Shown: positions 18,566-28,154, numbered from the stretch's first letter. The stretch: DNA of 53,843 nt from Terrimicrobiaceae bacterium (GCA_041752695.1 JBGSVZ010000064.1:1-53843), one strand, 5' to 3'. A program made the numbers and translations. The notes: generated from the sequence alone by a model not told the origin.

Positions 18566-19579
18566 CTACGCACCGGCTTTCTCCTCGAGCGTTTTCACCC
18601 GCTCGTACAGCTTGCCGATATTGTGGAGCTGGACGTAGTTCGTTTTGTATTCCCGCATGGGTTTGGCGGGGAGACCGACGAGAATTTCCTTGGACGGGAC
18701 GCTTTTTGTGACACCTGCCATGGCGGTGACCACGGCACCATCGCCAATTTCGATGTGGCCGTTGACCCCAACCTTACCGGCCAGAGTCACAAAATTGCCC
18801 ACGCGTGTGCTGCCGGAGATGCCGACGTGAGCGCAGAGGATGCAGTGTTTCCCGACGGTGACGTTGTGCCCAATTTGCACCAGGTTATCAACCTTAGTGC
18901 CCTCCTGGATCCAGGTGCGTCCGAACCGCGCCCGATCCACGGTGGAATTTGCCCCGATCTCCACATCGTCGTCGATCTGGACGAAACCGGTCTGGGGAAT
19001 TTTCACCTGCCGACCGTCCCGAAACTCGTAGCCAAAACCCTCCGCTCCGATGACCACCCCCGGATTCAAAAAGACCCGGTTTCCGAGGCGTGAGCGATCG
19101 GCGATGTGGACATTGGCAAATATTCGGCAATCGGTCCCCACAATCGCGAACTGTCCGATATAGCTGTGGGCCCCGATCACCGAGCGGGCCCCGATCTTCG
19201 CCCCCTCCTCTATGACGGCGTAGGGTTGGACGGATACGCCTTCCCCGATTTCCACGGTCGGATCGACCACTGCTGTGGGGTGAATCCCGGCGGCGAACTC
19301 ACGAGGAACAGGCGCAAAGGCCTCCTGGAGGATTGCAAACGCTTCCGAGGGGTTATCAACCCAGACGCGAACGGCCCTGACTTCCTCGCCAAAACCGTGC
19401 GGGACGAGAACTGCGGTGCCGCGGCATCTTTGCAGGGCCTTGAGATATTTCGGACTGCCGAAAAAGGTAATGTCTCCTTCGCCGGCGTCCACGAGGGCGG
19501 CGAGCCCGAGAATTTGCTTTTCGTAATTCTCGGGCGCCACCCAGCCACCGACGCGCTCCGCGACTTCGCGCAGCGTCAT
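18566..19579 (-). CDS. lpxD: UDP-3-O-(3-hydroxymyristoyl)glucosamine N-acyltransferase
   Basis: Hexapeptide repeats, GAEGFGY, KIPQTG, DDVEIGANSTVDR, KVDNLVQIGHN; after bamA-skp. Confidence 0.95.
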   Translation of the reverse strand: MTLREVAERVGGWVAPENYEKQILGLAALVDAGEGDITFFGSPKYLKALQRCRGTAVLVPHGFGEEVRAVRVWVDNPSEAFAILQEAFAPVPREFAAGIHPTAVVDPTVEIGEGVSVQPYAVIEEGAKIGARSVIGAHSYIGQFAIVGTDCRIFANVHIADRSRLGNRVFLNPGVVIGAEGFGYEFRDGRQVKIPQTGFVQIDDDVEIGANSTVDRARFGRTWIQEGTKVDNLVQIGHNVTVGKHCILCAHVGISGSTRVGNFVTLAGKVGVNGHIEIGDGAVVTAMAGVTKSVPSKEILVGLPAKPMREYKTNYVQLHNIGKLYERVKTLEEKAGA

Positions 19580-19584
19580 GCCGA

Positions 19585-20181
19585 TTAGTTAGCGGCGGAA
19601 GGTGCTTTCGGCGCGGCCTTGTTCAGCGCGGCAATAATGTCGTTGCTGAAATCGAGGTCAGGGCGCGAGTAAAGCACCACGGGAACCTGCCCGAGGCTGG
19701 CACCGCTCTTGTCCACCACGAGGTCATAGCCGGCGGCTTTCACCTTCTCGGTTACGACTTTCATGATGTCTTCGATGATGTCCTTGCGCATACGGAGGAA
19801 CTGCTCCTGGAGCTGCTTTTCCTTGGTTTGGCGGAATTCGGCAATTTCACGGTCGAGGCTGCGGGCTTCGCCCACTTTTTCGTCGAGTTGCTTTTTCAGG
19901 CGATCTTTGCCGTCCTTGCTCAGTTCGGGCTTTTCGATCTCCTGGTTCATCTTGTTGATCTCGTCCATCGACTTCTTGAGCGTCTCTAGACGCTCGTCGA
20001 GGTCCTTTTTCGCGCCGGCCCGGGCTTCGTTGATTTTGCCCTCAGCGTCCTTCGTTTTGTAGTAGGACGTGAAGACCGAGTTCATATCCACAATGCCGAG
20101 TTTGAACTGGGCGTGGGCGGACGAGGTGGCGCCACAGAGACCGATGGCGATAAGGATGGAGGAGACGATGAGTTTGCGCAT
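19585..20181 (-). CDS. skp: OmpH/Skp periplasmic chaperone
   Basis: Signal peptide, KLGIVDM, long coiled coil, GYDLVVDKS..VLY..DFS; between bamA and lpxD. Confidence 0.9.
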   Translation of the reverse strand: MRKLIVSSILIAIGLCGATSSAHAQFKLGIVDMNSVFTSYYKTKDAEGKINEARAGAKKDLDERLETLKKSMDEINKMNQEIEKPELSKDGKDRLKKQLDEKVGEARSLDREIAEFRQTKEKQLQEQFLRMRKDIIEDIMKVVTEKVKAAGYDLVVDKSGASLGQVPVVLYSRPDLDFSNDIIAALNKAAPKAPSAAN

Positions 20182-20259
20182 GGATTTAGGGTGTAGAAGA
20201 ATGAGAGAGGCGGAATGCCCCGTAAAGTTCTAAGTTCGACCGGATCGGGCCGGAACTGT

Positions 20260-22644
20260 TCAAAATTGATAGCCGATATTGAAGTTAAATTTGCCGGGAG
20301 GGCCGTTGAAGTCGTCGTAAATGACGGGAATACCGTAATCCACCCGAATCGGGCCGATGGGCAGATCGAGGCGGAGGCCGATGCCGATGTCGGCATTGAC
20401 GTTCGAGGTGCTGAAGTCGTAGGACCCCGAATTGACAAAACCGATGTCACTGAAAACCGCTCCGCGCACGCGGGACATGATGGGGAAGGTCAGTTCAAAG
20501 GTCAAATACCCCAGCGAGTTGCCGCCTATGGGGTTGTCGTCCACGTCCACCGGGCCCACTTCGCGGAAATCAAATCCTCGCAGATTGTTGGCGCCACCCA
20601 GATAGAGCCGGTCGAAAATCGGCACGCCATTGCCGTAGCCATCGTCGTTATTACCGGATCCGTCGCCCCAGCCGTCCACCACGGCAATTTCGCCTTTGAC
20701 GAGGAAGATGAAGTCCCAGGGCAGAAGAAAGTATTTCGAAGCTTCCAGGGAAATGCCGTAATCCTGCACATCACCACCGAGCGGACCACCGGCGATAAAC
20801 CCGGTGAGTTCAATCAGTTCGCCCCGGCGGGTCAGGAAAAGACTGTCACGGGTGTCCCAGATGAGCGAACCGCTGATGGCGCTCTTGAGATAGTTGCCGG
20901 CGGCGTCCTGAATCACCGGACCCACCTTGCCCGTACTGTTGTAGAAGTCGTCGTCGAAGAAATTGTCGTCCAGATCGTCTTCCTCGACATCACCCACGTC
21001 GAAAATCCGAATCTGCTCCACGCGATATTCCACGCGGGCGGAAAGGGCCCGCCAGAGTTGTTTGCGAAGCTGAAAGGCGACGCCCAAATTCGACTGCTGA
21101 TAGACATCCGAAAGGAAGCTGGCCTCGCGGTAGTAAGCTTCCACACCAGCGGAGAGTTTGTAGCCGAGAAACCAGGGCTCGGTGAGCGAAATCACGAAAT
21201 CCTGACGTTCCAAACCGTATTGGCCGCGGATGCGGAAACGCTGCCCGCCGCCCACGAAGGTCGGCCAGTTGGTGACGTCGAAGTTGGATTGTTGCAATTC
21301 CGCAAATCCCACCAGACTGTCCGTGGTGCTGAAACCGACACCAAAGTTAAAGGCACCGGTGCGCTTTTCCTCAACGATGACATTGAGGTCCTTCCGGCCC
21401 GGCACGATGGTTTCTGTCGGCACCATATTCACCGGAGGCGTAAAGTAGTTGAGGTTGTCGAGGCGTTTACGGCTCACGTCCACCAGCACGGTATCGAAGA
21501 CGTCACCCGGTTTGACGGCCAACTCGCGGCGGATGACGCGGTCCTTCGTGCGAGTATTGCCCTGAATGTTGATCAGATTGACATAGGACTGCACCTGCTC
21601 GTCGATGCGGTAAATGACGTCCACACTGCCAGTGCCGGCAGGCAGAATTTCCGGCATCACGATCATGTCCACATAACCGCGGGAGCCGTAAAAGTCGCGC
21701 AGGGTTTTGAGATCGTCGCCCATGCCCTTTGGGGTGAAGAGCGAACCCTCCACCATTTTCAGGCGGGCCTTGATCTCGTCGGAAGGCACGATGTTGACGC
21801 CTTCAAATTTCACAGAATTGACCCGATACTGGATCCCCTCTCGGATGGTGATCTGAATTTCCACGCCGTCCGTCCCGAGCGGCACCGTCTGAAAATCGAC
21901 AATCTCCACATCCGCAAAACCGCGGTTCTGATACAGCGTGCGGATGGCCGAACGATCTTCCTCGACCTGTGCCGGCAGAACCCGTCCGCTCTTGGTGAAA
22001 AAGGAAAGGATGTTCCAGGGCCGAGTTTTCATCACCTTGATGATGTCGCGGGCCAGGATGTTTTCGTTGCCGGTGACCGTGATGCGCCGGACGATGAGTT
22101 TTGGACCTTCGGTGATCTGGAAGATGACCCGAACGCGGTTCTGGCCGGCAATCTCCTGCACGCGATACTGCACGTCCACATCGGCAAAAAACTTGTCCTC
22201 GTAAAGCTTGAGGATCTTCTGACGGTCGTCTTCGAGTTTTTCCTCGCTGAGGACGTCGCCGACCTTGGAGCCAATTTCCCGGCGCACCCGGTTCATCGCG
22301 ATCTGCTGCGCCCCTTCAATAATGATCTCCTCCACCACAGGACGGCCCTGGAGCAGGACAGTCACCTTCACACCGTCGCCCATGGGTTCGGCAAAAATAC
22401 GGACGTTAGCCACACCGCCCGTCGCATAAAGCGCCCGGATGTCGGCCTCGGCGGCGCGCTCGCTGTAGGGTTCGCCCACCTTGGTCGCGAGGTTGTCCAG
22501 CACGCGCTCCTTCGTGATGGCCGGCGGCCCGACATACTCTACGGTAATGTCCTTCACGATCGGGCCCGGGCCCACTTGGGCATGGGAGGGTGCCAAGGCC
22601 AGCAGGATGGCCAGAATGGTGGTCAGGAATGGGAAAAATCTCAT
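20260..22644 (-). CDS. bamA: Outer membrane protein assembly factor BamA
   Basis: Signal peptide from ATG 22644, POTRA repeats (ITVTGNE, GNTRTKDRVIRRE), barrel with LRGF loop motif, PIGPIRVDYG, C-terminal FNIGYQF. Confidence 0.95.
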   Translation of the reverse strand: MRFFPFLTTILAILLALAPSHAQVGPGPIVKDITVEYVGPPAITKERVLDNLATKVGEPYSERAAEADIRALYATGGVANVRIFAEPMGDGVKVTVLLQGRPVVEEIIIEGAQQIAMNRVRREIGSKVGDVLSEEKLEDDRQKILKLYEDKFFADVDVQYRVQEIAGQNRVRVIFQITEGPKLIVRRITVTGNENILARDIIKVMKTRPWNILSFFTKSGRVLPAQVEEDRSAIRTLYQNRGFADVEIVDFQTVPLGTDGVEIQITIREGIQYRVNSVKFEGVNIVPSDEIKARLKMVEGSLFTPKGMGDDLKTLRDFYGSRGYVDMIVMPEILPAGTGSVDVIYRIDEQVQSYVNLINIQGNTRTKDRVIRRELAVKPGDVFDTVLVDVSRKRLDNLNYFTPPVNMVPTETIVPGRKDLNVIVEEKRTGAFNFGVGFSTTDSLVGFAELQQSNFDVTNWPTFVGGGQRFRIRGQYGLERQDFVISLTEPWFLGYKLSAGVEAYYREASFLSDVYQQSNLGVAFQLRKQLWRALSARVEYRVEQIRIFDVGDVEEDDLDDNFFDDDFYNSTGKVGPVIQDAAGNYLKSAISGSLIWDTRDSLFLTRRGELIELTGFIAGGPLGGDVQDYGISLEASKYFLLPWDFIFLVKGEIAVVDGWGDGSGNNDDGYGNGVPIFDRLYLGGANNLRGFDFREVGPVDVDDNPIGGNSLGYLTFELTFPIMSRVRGAVFSDIGFVNSGSYDFSTSNVNADIGIGLRLDLPIGPIRVDYGIPVIYDDFNGPPGKFNFNIGYQF

Positions 22645-22940
22645 GATGGAAAGGCGCTGCACCCCACGAAGGCCCATAGGGAACAAGCGCGAAGTGCATC
22701 GCGAAATGAAGGGGAAAGGTCAAGCCGCGTTTTATGAGACGCGGGCTTTTGGGGTTCTCGCCTCGCAACCTGCCTGCCCCAGACATCCTCAAACCAAGGA
22801 CACTGGCCGGGTTTTATCCCCAATCCCCTCCTCCTAGCTTGCTTCCATCGACGGCGACAGGGGCTGGTCGAGAACAACGCTCGCTTTATTGAAGACACCA
22901 GCCTGGCGATCTTTACGTCCCCAACGGGACATCCGAAGGG

Positions 22941-23726
22941 CTAGAGTTTTTCCAAGATCATCGGCAGTTCCGCCAGACCGATGATGGTGTGATGGGGCTC
23001 GACGGGGTGGTGTTCCTCGGACCCCGCGACCTTGATCCAGATGGAGACGATGCCGGCGTTGTGGGCTCCGGCGATATCGCGCTCGAGACTGTTGCCGACC
23101 ATCACGGCTTCGGAGGGGTCGACGCCGGCTTCGGCGGCGAGGCGGTGGAAGATTTCCGGGCGGGGTTTCCCGATGCCGTGTTCGCCCGAAACGGCGATGG
23201 CTTTGAAAAAAGAGGCCAGCCCGCTGGCGGCGATTTTCTCGCGCTGGAGGTCGGGCGCCCCATTGGTGAGCAGGGCGATGGTGTATTTCGCGGCAAGGCG
23301 GGTGAGGGTTTCGCGCGCGTCGGGCATGAGGCGCTGCAATTTGCGGCGTTCGCGCGCGAAGGTTTCCGCCAGGTCATGAGCCCCCTCGGGACTTTCGATC
23401 ATCTGATCGCGGAGAGCGGCGTCGAAAACCTGTTCACGGTAGGCGTGGGACCATTCGCGGAGCTGGCGCAGGTCGGGCGAGTCTCCCTCGAATTTTCCCC
23501 AGAGACACTCAAACGCGCTGATCCCGATGGACCGGCAGAAAGCATGGCTCGGTCCCGCCTGCCAGAGAGCTTTCGCATGGCGTTTGGCGTCGCGCACAAA
23601 ACGCTCCGCCTCCGCCCCGTGGCCGGAGGAGGCGCGGACCGCGGTGGCTTGCAGGGCTTCGCGCGAGACCGCTTCGTCCACCACCAGGGTGTCGTCCAGA
23701 TCAAAAAATACGGCTTTTACACTCAT
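22941..23726 (-). CDS. HAD-superfamily hydrolase (subfamily IA)
   Basis: FFDLDDTL, LLTNG, KPRPEIF, MVGNSLERDIAGA; start placed at ATG 23726. Confidence 0.9.
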   Translation of the reverse strand: MSVKAVFFDLDDTLVVDEAVSREALQATAVRASSGHGAEAERFVRDAKRHAKALWQAGPSHAFCRSIGISAFECLWGKFEGDSPDLRQLREWSHAYREQVFDAALRDQMIESPEGAHDLAETFARERRKLQRLMPDARETLTRLAAKYTIALLTNGAPDLQREKIAASGLASFFKAIAVSGEHGIGKPRPEIFHRLAAEAGVDPSEAVMVGNSLERDIAGAHNAGIVSIWIKVAGSEEHHPVEPHHTIIGLAELPMILEKL

Positions 23727-23824
23727 GAGTCTGTGCGGCAAGGACTTGCCAACTCCCGCCGCTCCCGACAAACCCTAAATTCTGTTATTTTTTCCGGGCG
23801 AAGCCTACCCAGGCAATCCAGGAT

Positions 23825-25243
23825 CTACTCGGCACCTGGCTCCAGACCGAAGTATCTGAGGGCGTTGCCGTAGCAAATGTTGCGCACCATGCCGCCGAGG
23901 AGTTCCATGTCCGGAGGCAATTCGCCGCGCTCGACGTCACCGCCAATCAGGTTGCAAAGGATGCGCCGGAAATATTCGTGACGGGGATAGGAGAGGAAGC
24001 TGCGCGAATCGGTGAGCATGCCCACGAAACGCGAGAGCAGGCCAAGATTCGACAGGGCGTTCATCTGGGACTCCATTCCTTCCTTTTGATCGAGGAACCA
24101 CCAGCCGCTGCCGAACTGGATCTTGCCGGGCACGGTGCCGTCCTGGAAATTCCCAATCATGGTGGCGATCATGTAGTTATCGGCGGGATTGAGGTTGTAG
24201 ATGATGGTTTTCGGCAGGGCATTGTCGGAATCGAGGGTGTCAAGGTAACGCGACAGAGAGGCAGCCTGTGGCCAGTCGCCGATGGAGTCGAATCCGGTGT
24301 CGGGACCAAGTTTGCCGACGAGTCGGGTGTTGTTATTGCGCTGCGCGCCGATGTGGAGCTGTTTCACCCAGCCGCGTTTGGCGTCGAGCTGGCCGAAATA
24401 GACCATCATGTATCCGGCGAAAGCCTCTGCCTCGCGCTTCGAGACCGGTTCGCCGGTGCGGGCCGCGTCGAAAATTTTCCGCGCTTTTTTCTCCGTGGCG
24501 AAACGGCCCGGGCAGTGGGTGAGCCCGTGGTCGGAAAGCCGTCCGCCGATCTCGTGAAAAGCCTCGTGACGTTTGTCGAGGGCAGTGAGGAAATCGGCCA
24601 GTGTGACACAACTCACGCCGCTGACCGCCTCGAGTTTGGCGACCCAGGAGTTAAAGGCCACGGCTTGGTCCACGGCGAGCGCCTTATCGGGCCGGAAGGT
24701 GGGATACACCCGGGACTTGAGCGTCCCCCCCTCACGAATCTGCCGGTGGGCGGAGAGGTCGTCGGTGGGATCGTCGGTAGTGCAGATCACACGAACGCCG
24801 CTCCGATCGATCAGGCTCTGGGTGGTAAATTCCGGGGTCGCCAGCAATTCATTCGCACGGTCCCAGATGGCAGGGGCGGTCGTTTCGTCGAGCAGGTCGT
24901 CAATGCCGAAGTAGCGGAGCAGTTCGAGATGCGTCCAATGGTAGAGCGGGTTGCGCAGGGTCTGAGGGACGGTTCGGGCGAAAGCGAGGAATTTTTCGTA
25001 TTCATGCGCATCGCCGGTGCAATAACGTTCGTCCACGCCGTTGGAACGCATGGCACGCCATTTGTAGTGGTCACCTGCCAGCCAGACGTCGAAGAGGTTG
25101 CGAAACTGGTAGTTCGACGCGATCTGTCCGGGGGAAAGATGGCAATGGTAGTCGTAGATCGGCTGGAAACACGCGTGGCCATGATAAAGTTCGCGCGCAG
25201 CGGGGGATTGCAGGAGGAAGTCGTCGGTGATGAAGGTTTTCAT
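23825..25243 (-). CDS. uxaC: Glucuronate (uronate) isomerase
   Basis: DYHCHL, GDHYKWRAMR, NPLYHWTHLEL, CTTDDP, GSGWWFLDQ, GMLTDSRSFLSYPRHEYFRR. Confidence 0.97.
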   Translation of the reverse strand: MKTFITDDFLLQSPAARELYHGHACFQPIYDYHCHLSPGQIASNYQFRNLFDVWLAGDHYKWRAMRSNGVDERYCTGDAHEYEKFLAFARTVPQTLRNPLYHWTHLELLRYFGIDDLLDETTAPAIWDRANELLATPEFTTQSLIDRSGVRVICTTDDPTDDLSAHRQIREGGTLKSRVYPTFRPDKALAVDQAVAFNSWVAKLEAVSGVSCVTLADFLTALDKRHEAFHEIGGRLSDHGLTHCPGRFATEKKARKIFDAARTGEPVSKREAEAFAGYMMVYFGQLDAKRGWVKQLHIGAQRNNNTRLVGKLGPDTGFDSIGDWPQAASLSRYLDTLDSDNALPKTIIYNLNPADNYMIATMIGNFQDGTVPGKIQFGSGWWFLDQKEGMESQMNALSNLGLLSRFVGMLTDSRSFLSYPRHEYFRRILCNLIGGDVERGELPPDMELLGGMVRNICYGNALRYFGLEPGAE

Positions 25244-25311
25244 GTGCGGGAAGAGGCGCAGCGAAATTCAATCAGCTTGGCGGGAGGATTTCAAACACAC
25301 GTATCGGGAGA

Positions 25312-25369
25312 TTGGAGTCCAAGGCTGTGGTCAGATCGCTGATGGAACAGCCTAAAGGCTGGACTCCAA
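25312..25369. repeat. REP-like inverted pair overlapping the GH1 stop codon
   Basis: TTGGAGTCC (25312-20) pairs with GGACTCCAA (25361-69); internal palindrome AGCCT-AA-AGGCT (25349-60). Confidence 0.55.
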
Positions 25370-26959
25370 AGGTGCTGCGTCCGCGATGAGGCGGGCGTAG
25401 GTTTCCGAAGGGTTGTCTCCGAGGTGATCCACCGCGTGTCGTGTCGCGCCATCGGAGTAATCCACGGCAAACAACCCGAACCGCGGCGTGTAGGAACCCC
25501 ATTCGTAATTGTCCGCAATGGACCAGTGCAGGTAGCCGAGCATGGGCACCCCCTCCTTCACGAGACGCCGCACCTCGCGCACGTGAGCGGTCAGAAATTC
25601 GCTGCGGGTGACATTGTCGCGCCGCGCGTGGGAAACGCTGTTGTCAAATTTCCGGCGCAGAGCCATGCCGTTCTCCGCGATGAGGATGCCTCGCTGAAAT
25701 TCCTCCGCGTAATATTTGCAGAAAAAATGGAGGCCTTCCGGGAGCACGTGCCAGTCCCACCACTTGCGCGAGAGACCGTTCATCAACTGACCATGCAGCC
25801 CCTTGCTTTTGAATTCCAGGTCCGCAAAAGACGGCGGCCGGAAGATGTGCCCGGTGAAGGGGTCGTAATAGTCGAGACCGAGGTAGTCGAGCACCCGCGC
25901 CCGTTTGGATTGGTCAAGCGTCTCGAGAAAATACCGAAAACTTTCCGCCGTGGCATGCTTGGGCGCCAGCCGGTTGGTCAGCCAGTGAACGAACCGGCCA
26001 ATCCAGACGTAAGGGTCGGTCCGGAAGGGCAACTTGGCGGCGAGCATGGCCCTGTGCAGTTGACCAGACTTGCCCCGCAGATACGTCCGAAGGCCACTAC
26101 GGGGAATTCCCCGCTCGCGGAGACAGAGCAGGTCGAGGAGCATCTTTTCCGACCAGTACACGTCGCTGCAAAACGTGTTCATCGTCACCTGCGGCGAAGG
26201 CCAGCCTTCCGCTTCGTAAAGGTCGTGAATCGCATTGTAGGCCCTCACATGAGCGGCGAGCAGTCGGTTGTAGGCCGCCACCCCCACCGCAATACCCGCC
26301 CTGCCGCCCCCGGGAAAATGCCGGTTCAGGTAGGTGTTGAGGACGAGCATGTTCGGCTCGTTGAGTGTGACAAACCACCGGACCGGGGCCTGATCATGCC
26401 GTGTCAGCAAACGCCGAGTCACGTGGTCCACGCTCACGGCGACAAATTTTTCAAAAAGCTCCGGTGTCCGGTCCTCCAGCCACGCATCCACCCCGAGCCA
26501 CGCGGGGTGCGTGAAATGTTGGAGGGTCACCACCGGCTCCAGACCATGCCTCCGGCACGAGGCGATGATGTCGGCATATCGATCCAGCGCAGCGAGATCA
26601 AAAGGCGGTGGCTCGGCGGGATCCACCGCGGTCGAGGGCTGTGCGCGGGGCCATTCGATGCTGAGCCGGAAGGCCTTCAGCCCCATGGCACGGCAGCGTG
26701 CAAAATCCTCCTCGTAGCGGTTCCAAAAATCGGCCGCCGCCCCTGTTCGCATCACTCGCTCCTCACGCTCCGCCTGGGACCAATTGTTTTGTGGTTGCCC
26801 GGCCCCGTTGTAGCCGCCCTCGCATTGGTAGCCGGAGCTGGCGACACCCCAGAGGAAGTCGGAAGCCGGAAAGCGGAAAGTGGAAGGAGGAACAGGCCCC
26901 GGCTCACTCGCCGATAAACTTTCGTTTTCGCCTTCCACTTTTCCTTTTTCGCTTTTCAC
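25352..26959 (-). CDS. Glycoside hydrolase family 1 protein
   Basis: FLWGVASSGYQCEG, FRLSIEW, TLQHF, acid/base TLNEP, nucleophile AENG, DNYEW..PRFGL; GTG start overlaps GT28 stop. Confidence 0.92.
   Translation of the reverse strand: MKSEKGKVEGENESLSASEPGPVPPSTFRFPASDFLWGVASSGYQCEGGYNGAGQPQNNWSQAEREERVMRTGAAADFWNRYEEDFARCRAMGLKAFRLSIEWPRAQPSTAVDPAEPPPFDLAALDRYADIIASCRRHGLEPVVTLQHFTHPAWLGVDAWLEDRTPELFEKFVAVSVDHVTRRLLTRHDQAPVRWFVTLNEPNMLVLNTYLNRHFPGGGRAGIAVGVAAYNRLLAAHVRAYNAIHDLYEAEGWPSPQVTMNTFCSDVYWSEKMLLDLLCLRERGIPRSGLRTYLRGKSGQLHRAMLAAKLPFRTDPYVWIGRFVHWLTNRLAPKHATAESFRYFLETLDQSKRARVLDYLGLDYYDPFTGHIFRPPSFADLEFKSKGLHGQLMNGLSRKWWDWHVLPEGLHFFCKYYAEEFQRGILIAENGMALRRKFDNSVSHARRDNVTRSEFLTAHVREVRRLVKEGVPMLGYLHWSIADNYEWGSYTPRFGLFAVDYSDGATRHAVDHLGDNPSETYARLIADAAPLESSL
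26854..26959. repeat. Heptamer tandem repeats arranged as an inverted repeat in the 5' end of the GH1 gene
   Basis: ggaagtc ggaagcc ggaaagc ggaaagt ggaagg (26854-87) versus ttttcgc cttccac ttttcct ttttcgc ttttcac (26925-59). Confidence 0.65.
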
Positions 26960-28140
26960 CCCTTCTGGGCCTCAATACGTTTGCGCAGGGCTTTTTCTCG
27001 CTGGCGGGAAATGATCGCCGGCTTCCGTTTCGGCGAGTCGATCACGATGCGGGCAATATCCGCGGAGGCGTTGGGACGCCCGAGACGGCGGGCATTTTCG
27101 CTCATGGCCGCGATGCGGGCCGGGTCGTCAAGCAGGCGTTCGAGCTTGTGGTTGAGCACGGTCACTTCCGTGCATTTGACCGCGGCTCCGGCCTCCAGCA
27201 GCACGTCGGAATTCCGCTCCTCCTGACCGCCAATCGGGTCAAGCACCACCATGGGCAGGCCGCGGGAAAGGGCCTCGGCGGTGGTGAGTCCACCCGGTTT
27301 GCTAAGCAGCAGCGTGGCGGCTCCCATCAAGTCGGGCATTCTGTCCGTGTATCCCAGCACACGGAAACGGTCCTCACGCCCGACCATGAGCTCCCCGATG
27401 TCGCGGCGCAGGTCGTCGTTTTTTCCACAGACGATGATCGCCTGAAAATTCCGGTTGAGCTGGCGCAGCCGTCTCGCGACCGCCACCGCCGGGCTCAGGC
27501 CGAGCGCTCCGCCCGCCACCAGCAGCGTGGGCACTTCGGGATTGAGATGAAGAGATCTCAACACGGCAGATTTGTCCACCGGTTGGGAAAACTCCGGTTC
27601 CAGCGGAATGCCCGTGACATGGATGCGGTCACCGGGCAACCCAAGGCCTTCCATGTGAATCTTATCTTCCTCCTGCGCCACGAAATACCAGTGGAAGGCG
27701 CGCGTGATCCAGTAGGCATGAAAATGAAAATCGGTGACCGCAATCCCCAGCTCGGCTTCGAGGCGGCCCTGACCGATCAGGTAGGAAAGCACGCCCGCCG
27801 GCATGAAGTGCGTGCAGATAATGGAGTCGGGTTTGAACTCGCGAACCAGATTGATGAGCGGCAGCGCCTGGGTGAGATCCAACACCACCCGGCCCTTGTC
27901 CGAAACCCAGGGGTCGTCGCTGGTTTCATACCACCAACCCAGAAACTTCGGGAGCTGCTTGGAGAGCTGCTTGTAAAGCGTCGAATAAAGCTGCTTGTGC
28001 AGAAGATTGGTGTGATCGAGAGAATCGTCCACCAGCACCTCTTCGACATTCGGATCGGCGCGAAAGGCCTTGGCCAGGGCATCGGCCGCCTTCACGTGGC
28101 CGGACCCGACAGAGGCGGAAAGAATGAGGATGCGTTTCAT
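26956..28140 (-). CDS. MGDG synthase / UgtP-like diacylglycerol glycosyltransferase (GT28)
   Basis: ILILSASVGSGH..AA, ICTHF, VTDF..H..W, TGIP, CGKN, KPGGLTTAEA, GQEERN. Confidence 0.9.
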   Translation of the reverse strand: MKRILILSASVGSGHVKAADALAKAFRADPNVEEVLVDDSLDHTNLLHKQLYSTLYKQLSKQLPKFLGWWYETSDDPWVSDKGRVVLDLTQALPLINLVREFKPDSIICTHFMPAGVLSYLIGQGRLEAELGIAVTDFHFHAYWITRAFHWYFVAQEEDKIHMEGLGLPGDRIHVTGIPLEPEFSQPVDKSAVLRSLHLNPEVPTLLVAGGALGLSPAVAVARRLRQLNRNFQAIIVCGKNDDLRRDIGELMVGREDRFRVLGYTDRMPDLMGAATLLLSKPGGLTTAEALSRGLPMVVLDPIGGQEERNSDVLLEAGAAVKCTEVTVLNHKLERLLDDPARIAAMSENARRLGRPNASADIARIVIDSPKRKPAIISRQREKALRKRIEAQKG

Positions 28141-28154
28141 AAAGCCACTCCCCC

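Noticed and set aside
20215..22737. 840-aa plus-strand ORF, and similar long antisense ORFs (47449-49683, 46062-47753, 25424-26917, 5738-7051, 50702-52117)
   Set aside because: They mirror well-supported genes on the opposite strand and have no motifs; expected shadow ORFs in GC-rich, codon-biased DNA
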